DNA from: Candidatus Daviesbacteria bacterium
Lineage (GTDB): Bacteria > Patescibacteriota > Microgenomatia > Daviesbacterales > UBA10151
DNA: 64,000 nt
Direction of reading: 5' to 3'
NCBI GenBank assembly: GCA_016187025.1
Contig: JACPKM010000001.1
Span: forward strand, 384,055-448,054
Made by a program: the position numbers and the translations under genes. How positions within the stretch are numbered: position 1 is the stretch's first letter; each line of letters starts with the position of its first letter. Below, in pieces: positions 19,591 through 27,410 of the stretch. Below the pieces are notes generated by a model. The model searched no databases, was not told the origin of the DNA, and saw only the letters and a program-made list of their open reading frames with translations.

Positions 19591-19695
19591 GTTATTTTTT
19601 TAGATAAAAATGTTTTAACTCGTGAAAATTTTATCTGCAATATATCTTAAAGGCCTCTTAAGATAACAAAATATTTCGACTTTATATCTGGAAAT

Positions 19696-19724
19696 TTGAC
19701 AAGATAGCTGCAAAAAGGTAAATT
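19696..19724 (+). promoter_or_regulatory. Promoter of the orphan gene at 19738
   Basis: TTGACA-17 nt-TAAATT. Confidence 0.6.
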
Positions 19725-19737
19725 GTTGATTCATTCT

Positions 19738-20832
19738 ATGATTGAAAGTAGTGCAGTAGCTCCAAACGGGGCTATTTTAAATGGTTCTGGTTACCATGAT
19801 CATGGCCATCAAGAAGTTTTTGTTTTACAACTTTTACCAAATTCCAGAGAACTTCTAGTTGATGGCAGAAGGGTTAGCGTTGGGGCAAGGGGGATAAAAG
19901 CAATTGAAGCTCTTTATCCACAATATAGAGAAGGAACAGGTTATTTTACAGATGAGTGGGCTGAGGTTGTTTACGGAAGTAGTGATAAAGCAGGTAATAT
20001 GCGGGCTTTGGCATGGAGAATGGGGAAAAGATTAAATCATGGCCCAGTTAAGATATTACTTCAAGAAAGGGTTGGAACTTCCGGTTTAAGGCCGCAACAT
20101 GAACATGCTTTTTATACTTTTGCTCCCGGAACTTTAGTAACTAGGGTAGCTGAAGGTGAAGTGTTAGATTTGTCAGCTCCAGGGCTAAAAGCGGGTAGAA
20201 ATGTTTTCATAATGCCCAGTGGGAAAAGGTTAGAAGGTTTAACTGATAGACAATGGCAGTTAATTTGCAAAACTCCAATAATTGGACGGGAACCAATACC
20301 TCCAGTAATACTTGCTGATTTAGTGGACGGAGAAGCGGGAGACGTGGCAAGGCTTGGCACTTTTGTTTCTGCTACCAATAGAAGGGTTTTAAATACAAAA
20401 GGTGTAGAGGTTAAAGGAATTAGAGGTTTGGGCCAAGGGAGGCCAATAGTAGGTTATCAATTGGTGGATCGGGATTTTGATCCGCTAAATGCAGGACATT
20501 GGGGTAATTTAAGAAATGTTATACAAGATCTTATTAAATATAGAGCTATTTTTATGTACAGGTTACATGCTATTCTTTCTGGAAATGTAGCGGCTTCAGT
20601 GAAAGAAGCCAGTAGGCGAGGTTTTTATACCTCTGGAGAAGCTCTAGCCTTAAATGTAATGCCAGTGTTTGATGCTTTAGTGGAAAAGGTTAATAAGGGA
20701 GAAAATCTAGGTGGTCCTGAAAAAGCAGTATATAATCAGATGGATCGACTAAGGCATGCATTGGCAGTTTCTGATTTAGATGAGTTACGCGATGCTTTTT
20801 ATCTTAAACTCTTGCATGTAAAAAGTATCTAA
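19738..20832 (+). CDS. Hypothetical protein, possibly two degenerate OmpR/PhoB-type winged-helix domains
   Basis: Long ORF; segments LLVDGRRV...VYG...LAWRMGKRL and LTDRQWQL...GYQL resemble trans_reg_C. Confidence 0.55.
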   Translation: MIESSAVAPNGAILNGSGYHDHGHQEVFVLQLLPNSRELLVDGRRVSVGARGIKAIEALYPQYREGTGYFTDEWAEVVYGSSDKAGNMRALAWRMGKRLNHGPVKILLQERVGTSGLRPQHEHAFYTFAPGTLVTRVAEGEVLDLSAPGLKAGRNVFIMPSGKRLEGLTDRQWQLICKTPIIGREPIPPVILADLVDGEAGDVARLGTFVSATNRRVLNTKGVEVKGIRGLGQGRPIVGYQLVDRDFDPLNAGHWGNLRNVIQDLIKYRAIFMYRLHAILSGNVAASVKEASRRGFYTSGEALALNVMPVFDALVEKVNKGENLGGPEKAVYNQMDRLRHALAVSDLDELRDAFYLKLLHVKSI

Positions 20833-20879
20833 TTTTTTTGTTGCTAACTTTTACCAAAGGTGGTATATACTTTAGCCAC

Positions 20880-21611
20880 ATGAGCTCGCAGAAGATTATG
20901 ATTCTTATTTTAATTTCAATAATTGTTGGCGCAGGAGCCTACATTGGTACAGTTAAAATAAAAGAAGGAATCACAATTACCCCTAGTCCTTCTCCGCAAA
21001 ATGTAGGCTTTAATATAGGAACAAAGCAATCCCCTGCTCCTTTGCAAGAAATCTTAAAAGTTACCCAAAACAATCAGCCTACTCCTCCACCTCAACAAGA
21101 GTTACCTTTTTCTAAAAATAAATATGTGGGTAATTTTCCCGGAATTGTTAGAGACGATTTAAGAGTAAATAAAAAAGCAGTTGTAGAAACAGCCAAAGGA
21201 AAAATTGAATTTGAGATTTATCCGGAAGCCTCTATTTCAGCATCTAATTTTATGATTTTGGCTGCCAATGGGTTTTATGATGGACTTATCTTTCATAGAG
21301 TTGAACCAGGATTTGTTATTCAAGGAGGAGATCCCAAAGGAGATGGAACAGGAGGGCCTGGTTATTATTTTATAGATGAACCTGTAACTCGCTCATACAA
21401 TAAAGGAATTGTGGCAATGGCAAATTCCGGACCCAATACCAATGGCAGTCAATTCTTCATTATGTTAGAGGATAAAATGGATTTACCGCCTAAATATTCT
21501 ATATTTGGAAAAGTTTTGACAGGAATGGATGTGGTAGAGAAAATAAAACCCGGAGATGTGATGCAAAAGGTGTATATACAAGACATTAGGCCAGTTAGAT
21601 CCGGACCTTAA
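20880..21611 (+). CDS. Membrane-anchored cyclophilin-type peptidyl-prolyl isomerase
   Basis: FYDGLIFHRV.PGFVIQGGDP.G.G.GGPGY, AMANSGPNTNGSQFFI; N-terminal TM and Pro-rich stalk. Confidence 0.92.
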   Translation: MSSQKIMILILISIIVGAGAYIGTVKIKEGITITPSPSPQNVGFNIGTKQSPAPLQEILKVTQNNQPTPPPQQELPFSKNKYVGNFPGIVRDDLRVNKKAVVETAKGKIEFEIYPEASISASNFMILAANGFYDGLIFHRVEPGFVIQGGDPKGDGTGGPGYYFIDEPVTRSYNKGIVAMANSGPNTNGSQFFIMLEDKMDLPPKYSIFGKVLTGMDVVEKIKPGDVMQKVYIQDIRPVRSGP

Positions 21612-21636
21612 ATTAGAAGGTTACTAACATTTACTT

Positions 21637-21683
21637 ATCCAATATCTTGTATATTGACAAGTATTCATTACAATATGTTATGT
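21637..21683 (+). promoter_or_regulatory. Tandem NrdR boxes (21637-21652 and 21668-21683) around a TTGACA -35
   Basis: ATCCAATATCTTGTAT and TTACAATATGTTATGT fit acaCwAtATaTwGtgt, 31 bp apart, upstream of nrdR-nrdJ. Confidence 0.75.
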
Positions 21684-21730
21684 TAATTACAGAAATCCTA
21701 AACGTATTCGTTTAAGATCTTTTTAATCCC

Positions 21731-22174
21731 TTGAAATGTCCGTTTTGTGGTAGCAATTTAAGCAAAGTAGTTGATAAAAGAGGTGTAGGTACACGAAGCG
21801 AGATTCGTCGTAGGAGAGAGTGTTTAAAATGCTCCAAGCGTTTTACCACATATGAAGCGCTTGCAAAACTTGAAGTATTTGTCGTCAAAAAAGATGGTAG
21901 AAGAGAGGGGTTTTTGCGCGAAAAATTAGAAGTAGGGATTGTTAAGGCTTTAGAAAAAAGACCGGGTTTGGAACAAGCAGGAGCCATTGTTGACAGGATT
22001 GAAAGCAAGATGCGGGTAAAAGGGATGAAAGAAATTTCATCTCAAATGTTGGGTAGATGGGTTTTAGGGGAGTTAAAAAAGATGGACAGGGTGGCCTATT
22101 TACGCTTTGCAAGTGTTTATAGGACATTTAGCGATGTTAAGGATTTTGAAAAAGAGTTAGAAAGTATTTCATAA
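21731..22174 (+). CDS. nrdR: Transcriptional repressor NrdR (TTG start)
   Basis: MKCPFC...RRRREC..C..RFTTYE, ATP-cone, VAYLRFASVY. Confidence 0.96.
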   Translation: MKCPFCGSNLSKVVDKRGVGTRSEIRRRRECLKCSKRFTTYEALAKLEVFVVKKDGRREGFLREKLEVGIVKALEKRPGLEQAGAIVDRIESKMRVKGMKEISSQMLGRWVLGELKKMDRVAYLRFASVYRTFSDVKDFEKELESIS

Positions 22175-22177
22175 AAT

Positions 22178-25100
22178 ATGAAAACTAGACAAGCAAAACA
22201 ACAAAAATTAGTTTTACAAGTAGTTACGCTACCTAAAGTAAGTGGAAAAACAAAGCTAAATGGAAAGGTAAATGGACACTTAGGAAAAAATAACCGCTCT
22301 TTTGAGGATAGATTTAATCCCCGCTACTCTGAGATGCCAGTTTTCCCCGAAGGCCTGCCTGAACCGTTATTTTCCGAATCATCAAACAGGATTTTAAAAG
22401 AAAGATATCTTCTAAAGGGAGGAAATTTAGAGGCAGTTGAGACAGTTGCAGAAAGATTCTGGCATATTGCCTATGATATTGCCTCAGCTGATTTTGATTT
22501 TAATGTGTCTTCCAAAGAGGTTTTTGAAACAGCCAGGGATTTTTACACTGTGATGGTAAAACAGCAATTTTTACCAAACTCCCCAACTATTATGAATGCA
22601 GGTAAGCAAAACCAGCTCCAATATTCGGCTTGTTTTGTCTTGCCCATCGATGATTCCATCCCAGCTATTTTTGACACTATGAAATACGCTGCACTTATCC
22701 ACCAGACAGGGGGCGGTTGCTTAAGTGGAGATTCTCGAGTTTGGACAACCTTTTGTGGTATTGAACCAATCGGGACTCTATTTATGCGGGCAACAGTTGA
22801 TGGAAGAAAGGGAATTAAACAGGGTAATGGAGTTGCATATGATGTTTCGGATTTAAACATTAAAACAGTTTCTATGGATCCCGCAACCGGTGCAACAGGC
22901 CTTAAAAAAGTTAGTCATGTATGGGAATATGATGTACCAAAGGACAAACAAGTTCAGGTCACAACAGTTGAGGGGGTAAGTATACAAACAAGCAGTTGGC
23001 ACCCGTTTATGGTAGTCAGAGGAACCCAGATAGTTGAGGTTTCAGCAGAGAATCTAAAAGAGGGGGATGTTATTTTAGGACCTGAAAAAGCAGATGGGTA
23101 CTGGCCTTGGCAAGAGCAGAAAAAAGCAGGTCAGCTTGTAATTGATGAAGATATAGCTTGGCTAATAGGATTTACTTTAGGAGATGGCTCCTTTGGTTAT
23201 GTTCCTGCTTTAAGGCAATACCGGGTACGGTGGTTTTCTGGTACAGAAGATGTTTTAAAGAAAGTACAGATAATACTTTCTAAGAAAAATATTCAACTGT
23301 CGATTCAAAAGGATAAAAGAGGTTTGTTCAGCCTGGCTACTTTAAACCAAAGGTTTGTGCATGATTTACTGGAAGCATGTGGATTGGAAAAATTTGGACC
23401 TAAAGATAATCTAATTCGTGTTCCTGAAATTATTGCTAAATCTCCCCTTTCTTGTGTTCGGGCATTCATAGCAGGGCTTTTAGATAGTGATGGTTATGTA
23501 GCTGAGGATGGAAGTCCTTCCTACTGTACTGTCAGCGGGGCAATGGCAGATGATCTTGCGTCTCTTGTTAGCTTGCTGGGTTTCCGTCCCAAAGTTTGTT
23601 CAAAAGCTCCTTATGGTAAAGGTAAGCAATGTACATACTCTGTTCAGATATGTCCCTTGCCTCAAGTTAACGAATTGGCAACAGAGCTTTCAGCTTACCT
23701 TGCCAATGTAAAACGCCTCAATAGGCTGCAAAGCTCAAGTAAGAAGCAGACAGCCCTACCTTTAGACTTTACTGCTTTTAGGGATGAGTTGGCAAAGTTA
23801 GGGTTAGTCAAAAAAAGATTTGATAAAGTCGGAGGCTCGGGTCCGCTTGCTAAGGAGTTAAACTATTGGGCTTCTCACAGAAGAATTGACAGAAATAGCG
23901 TTTTATCTATAGCCAATGTTGTAGCACCGTATTCTTCAAAACTGGCAGAATTTCTACAAAGGATTGCCAGATGTGGTCATCAGATCAAAAGCGTTCAGCA
24001 AGCAGGTGTGGCAAAACCATATTATGATCTTTCAGTAGAGGACTGGAATACATATGCTGCAGGAACTCGGGGAATGGTTATGATACATAACACAGGTTTT
24101 GCTTTTTCGCGCCTTAGACCTGCGGGCAGTATTGTTAAAAGAAGCGGGGGAGTTGCTTCAGGTCCAGTATCATTTTTGCGCGTCTATGATGCTGCCACTC
24201 AGTCTATTAAACAGGGTGGAACAAGAAGAGGAGCAAATATGGGAATTTTACGGATAGATCATCCTGATATCTTAGAATTTATTAGATGCAAGGCAGTTTT
24301 AGATGAGCAAAACCAGCCAGTGTTTGATGGAGTGAAGGATTTATTGCCTGATGATAACTCTAGAAACTTACTAAAAACTCTTTTGCTGGATAGGCAAATC
24401 TCCAACTTTAATATCTCAGCAGCAGTGACAGATAAGTTTATGGAGGCATATTATAAAGGTGAGGAGTATGAGTTGATTGACCCTCATACCAAAGAAGTCA
24501 CAGGAAGACTTGATGCTAAAGTTGTATTTGATGAAATAGTAGAAAGAGCATGGAATACGGGAGACCCGGGGTTAATTTTTATAGACAGAATTAACAAATC
24601 ACCCTCAAACCCAGTTTCTTCCCTAGAAACAATTGAATCCACAAACCCGTGCGGTGAACAGCCCTTGGCACCTTGGGATGCTTGTAATCTTGGTTCAATT
24701 AATCTGGGAAAGTTTGTTAAAGAAGACGGATCAGATGCGGACTGGGAGGGTTTGAGAAAGGTTACTCATCAGGCAGTTCATTTTCTGGATAATGTGGTGC
24801 AGGTAAATCCTTATACCTTGCCAGAAATTTATGAAGAAGTGCACAAAAACCGAAGAATAGGGCTAGGGGTTATGGGTTGGGCAGATATGCTTTTTAAACT
24901 AAAGGTTTCCTATGACTCAGAGCAAGCTTTAGAGCTAGCAGAAAAAGTAATGAACTTTATCAACGATGAAGGACATAAAATGTCTGAGGAACTAGCACAA
25001 AAACGCGGTCCTTTTCCCAATTGGGAGAATTCCATTTACTCTGATAAAAATAATCCATCTTTCAAAAATAGAGGTGAGTCTTATGCTTACTCAGGCGGTA

Positions 25101-26221
25101 GACCCATTAGAAACTCAACAATTACCACTATTGCTCCAACAGGCACAATTTCTATCATCGGAGATTGTTCATCCGGTATTGAGCCGGTATTTGCTTTAGC
25201 ATATATTCACAGAGCAAAGGGTGATGGAGGGAAAACCGGCAATGAGATGAGGTATTTAACAATTGCCAATAAAACCTTTACTGAAATCGGGCAAAAAGAA
25301 GGATTTTACAATGAGGAACTAGCACAAAAAGTGATGGATCATGGATCAGTTACAGGAGTGGATGATGTACCCGCTGATTGGCAAAGAGTTTTTGTTACAG
25401 CTCCTGAGATTGCCCCAGACTGGCATGTAAAAATGCAGGCTGCTTTCCAAAGATACACTGATAACGGGGTTTCCAAAACCATTAACTTACCAAACTCTGC
25501 CACGCTAGAAGATATTAAAAAAGCTTATTTGATGGCCTGGGAAACAGGTTGTAGTGGTATCACTGTTTATAGGGACGGTTCTAAAACCACTCAGGTTTTG
25601 AATGTATCATCTACCTTAAAGCCAAAAACCCAAGAGGTTGAAGAGGTATCCACTCCAAGTCCGGTTGCCGGCAGGCCAATGGTTTTGCGGGGCAGAACCT
25701 ATAAAGTTGCTACACCGGTAGGGGAAGCATATATTACTTTGAACAGAGATGAAAATAATCAACCGTTTGAGGTCTTTGTGACAGTTGGTAGGGGGGGGAT
25801 GCACACTATGGCAGATGCAGAAGCTATGGGAAGGTTGATGTCCTTGTCCCTAAGGCTTGCAAGGAGTGCAAATTCTGTTGATCCTACAGCTGTAGCGCTA
25901 AAGATTGTTTCCCAGCTTAGAGGAATTGGCGGAGCATCGCATGTGGGATTTGGTAAAGATAGAGTCATGAGTTTGGCAGATGCTATAGCAAAGGTTTTAG
26001 CTGAGGATTTAGCATTAGATGCAAAGCCTGAAGCTCAAGAGATAGAACCGCTACCCTTAAACCTAGTGCAAGAAGAGCCTGCTGCAAATACCGGATCAGA
26101 TGATGTAGTTAGGTCTTCGTCCATGGCTCAAGCTGATCTTTGTCCGGAATGTGGAAATGCAACCTTTGTCAGGGAAGACGGTTGCCAGAAATGTTACTCC
26201 TGCGGGTATTCTAAGTGTTGA
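22178..26221 (+). CDS. nrdJ: Class II (adenosylcobalamin-dependent) ribonucleotide reductase with an intein, C-terminal TSCPD domain and Zn ribbon
   Basis: FLPNSPT, SACFV, QGGTRRGANM, TNPCGEQ, CNLGSIN, TIAPTGT, SKTIN, YRDGS, CPECG...CYSCGYSKC. Confidence 0.95.
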   Translation: MKTRQAKQQKLVLQVVTLPKVSGKTKLNGKVNGHLGKNNRSFEDRFNPRYSEMPVFPEGLPEPLFSESSNRILKERYLLKGGNLEAVETVAERFWHIAYDIASADFDFNVSSKEVFETARDFYTVMVKQQFLPNSPTIMNAGKQNQLQYSACFVLPIDDSIPAIFDTMKYAALIHQTGGGCLSGDSRVWTTFCGIEPIGTLFMRATVDGRKGIKQGNGVAYDVSDLNIKTVSMDPATGATGLKKVSHVWEYDVPKDKQVQVTTVEGVSIQTSSWHPFMVVRGTQIVEVSAENLKEGDVILGPEKADGYWPWQEQKKAGQLVIDEDIAWLIGFTLGDGSFGYVPALRQYRVRWFSGTEDVLKKVQIILSKKNIQLSIQKDKRGLFSLATLNQRFVHDLLEACGLEKFGPKDNLIRVPEIIAKSPLSCVRAFIAGLLDSDGYVAEDGSPSYCTVSGAMADDLASLVSLLGFRPKVCSKAPYGKGKQCTYSVQICPLPQVNELATELSAYLANVKRLNRLQSSSKKQTALPLDFTAFRDELAKLGLVKKRFDKVGGSGPLAKELNYWASHRRIDRNSVLSIANVVAPYSSKLAEFLQRIARCGHQIKSVQQAGVAKPYYDLSVEDWNTYAAGTRGMVMIHNTGFAFSRLRPAGSIVKRSGGVASGPVSFLRVYDAATQSIKQGGTRRGANMGILRIDHPDILEFIRCKAVLDEQNQPVFDGVKDLLPDDNSRNLLKTLLLDRQISNFNISAAVTDKFMEAYYKGEEYELIDPHTKEVTGRLDAKVVFDEIVERAWNTGDPGLIFIDRINKSPSNPVSSLETIESTNPCGEQPLAPWDACNLGSINLGKFVKEDGSDADWEGLRKVTHQAVHFLDNVVQVNPYTLPEIYEEVHKNRRIGLGVMGWADMLFKLKVSYDSEQALELAEKVMNFINDEGHKMSEELAQKRGPFPNWENSIYSDKNNPSFKNRGESYAYSGGRPIRNSTITTIAPTGTISIIGDCSSGIEPVFALAYIHRAKGDGGKTGNEMRYLTIANKTFTEIGQKEGFYNEELAQKVMDHGSVTGVDDVPADWQRVFVTAPEIAPDWHVKMQAAFQRYTDNGVSKTINLPNSATLEDIKKAYLMAWETGCSGITVYRDGSKTTQVLNVSSTLKPKTQEVEEVSTPSPVAGRPMVLRGRTYKVATPVGEAYITLNRDENNQPFEVFVTVGRGGMHTMADAEAMGRLMSLSLRLARSANSVDPTAVALKIVSQLRGIGGASHVGFGKDRVMSLADAIAKVLAEDLALDAKPEAQEIEPLPLNLVQEEPAANTGSDDVVRSSSMAQADLCPECGNATFVREDGCQKCYSCGYSKC
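22718..24091 (+). mobile_element. 458-aa intein with a LAGLIDADG homing endonuclease in nrdJ
   Basis: GGG|CLSGDS ... block B TSSWHPF ... LIGFTLGDGS and FIAGLLDSDG ... YDLSVE...IHN|TGF. Confidence 0.93.
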
Positions 26222-26246
26222 CTTTCTTCCATAAATATCCTATAAT
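26218..26246 (+). promoter_or_regulatory. Consensus sigma70 promoter of the NUDIX orphan; the -35 overlaps the nrdJ stop codon
   Basis: TTGACT-17 nt-TATAAT. Confidence 0.75.
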
Positions 26247-26260
26247 ATAGTTCCAAAAAT

Positions 26261-26779
26261 ATGAACCCAGCAGTAAGGGCAGTCATTATCACTTCAGATA
26301 GTAGTATATTACTTACTTTCCAACCTGATCATGGCCGTAGAAGATTTTTCATACCAGGTGGATCTATGGAAAGATCAGATGAAGGTCATAGAAGAACACG
26401 CCTGCAAAAAGAATTGAGAGAAGAGTTGGGATTGGATGTTAGTCGGGCAAACATGCATGAGTTGCATCCGATCACGACAGGAATAAGAAATCATGATTTA
26501 TTTTTTGTAAGCAGAGTTAGAGGCGGTATTGTAAGGATTAATCCGTTTGATAGGTCTGAGCCCGTCCTTGGGCTGGGATTTTGGGGTGGTGGGTACCGTA
26601 TTCCTCATGAACTGCTCACAGGTCATGTAGCACAGTTAGGAGATTTTTATAGAAAATATCCCCATTTGAGGGGAGAAGTTACAGAAGGTTTGGTTATACC
26701 AGAGGGTTTATTAAGAAATAGAAACACCCCGATTGGAGTTATATCTTGGGATGCTCAAAGACGCAGCTGGAGAGTATAG
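26261..26779 (+). CDS. Divergent NUDIX hydrolase
   Basis: IPGGSMERSDE.....LQKELREELGL, a degenerate Nudix box. Confidence 0.7.
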   Translation: MNPAVRAVIITSDSSILLTFQPDHGRRRFFIPGGSMERSDEGHRRTRLQKELREELGLDVSRANMHELHPITTGIRNHDLFFVSRVRGGIVRINPFDRSEPVLGLGFWGGGYRIPHELLTGHVAQLGDFYRKYPHLRGEVTEGLVIPEGLLRNRNTPIGVISWDAQRRSWRV

Positions 26780-26837
26780 CTGGATTCCCTTTTCAAGGGT
26801 TAGGGTAGAAATAACCTAAATTTGTTAGAATGTGCTT

Positions 26838-27374
26838 ATGGATCAGAGGGAAAAAGGTTTAGTTATTTTATACACTGGTGAAGGAAAGGGTAAAACTACT
26901 GCTGCTTTAGGGATTATTTTACGGGCTGTAGGATATAAGAAAAAGTGTTTGATGGTGCAGTTTGGTAAGACTTGGTTTACCGGAGAACTGGTTGGAATAA
27001 AAAAACTTTCGCCTTTGGTAAAAATTATCCAGGGTGGAAAAGGTTTTGTTGATATTCTAGGAGATCAACTCCCAAGAGAAAAGCACCAGGAAGCAGCCCA
27101 AAAGACTTTTAATTATTTATATAATGAAACTACAAGCGGAAAATGGGATTTGGTGATAGCTGATGAGATTGTAGGAGCTGTATCAGGTAAAATTTTGCCT
27201 TTGGAGGATGCAGTAAGATTAATCACAGACAAACCAGCAAGTGTTGATTTAGTATTGACGGGTCACAACGCACCACAGAAACTAATTGATTTAGCTGATC
27301 TGGTCACAGAAATGCAAGCGATCAAACATCCTTACCAGAAAGGAGTTTTAGCAAAAAAAGGGGTTGACTTTTAG
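26838..27374 (+). CDS. cobO: Cob(I)alamin adenosyltransferase, CobA/BtuR type
   Basis: YTGEGKGKTTAALG, QF.K, DE, LTG, ADLVTEM..KHPY. Confidence 0.9.
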   Translation: MDQREKGLVILYTGEGKGKTTAALGIILRAVGYKKKCLMVQFGKTWFTGELVGIKKLSPLVKIIQGGKGFVDILGDQLPREKHQEAAQKTFNYLYNETTSGKWDLVIADEIVGAVSGKILPLEDAVRLITDKPASVDLVLTGHNAPQKLIDLADLVTEMQAIKHPYQKGVLAKKGVDF

Positions 27375-27410
27375 CACTCAGCATGTTAATCTGCTAAAGT
27401 TGAAGAAACT

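Noticed and set aside
21612-21730. Cobalamin riboswitch upstream of nrdR-nrdJ
   Set aside because: The region is short and AT-rich, lacks a B12-box, and is explained by the promoter and NrdR boxes.
25791-25798. G8 tract in nrdJ as a phase-variation switch
   Set aside because: It is in frame, encodes the R-G-G turn of the TSCPD domain, and lies in a probably essential gene; nothing indicates slippage.
26560-26580. EPVLG in the NUDIX protein and at the C-terminus of the 50099 product as further VLG-motif cases
   Set aside because: Neither lies in a linker between a membrane anchor and an exported domain; probably chance, and a reminder that the tripeptide is common.
26780-26815. Integron attC site after the NUDIX gene (GTTAGGG)
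   Set aside because: No matching RYYYAAC inverse core or extended attC stem, no integrase and no cassette array.
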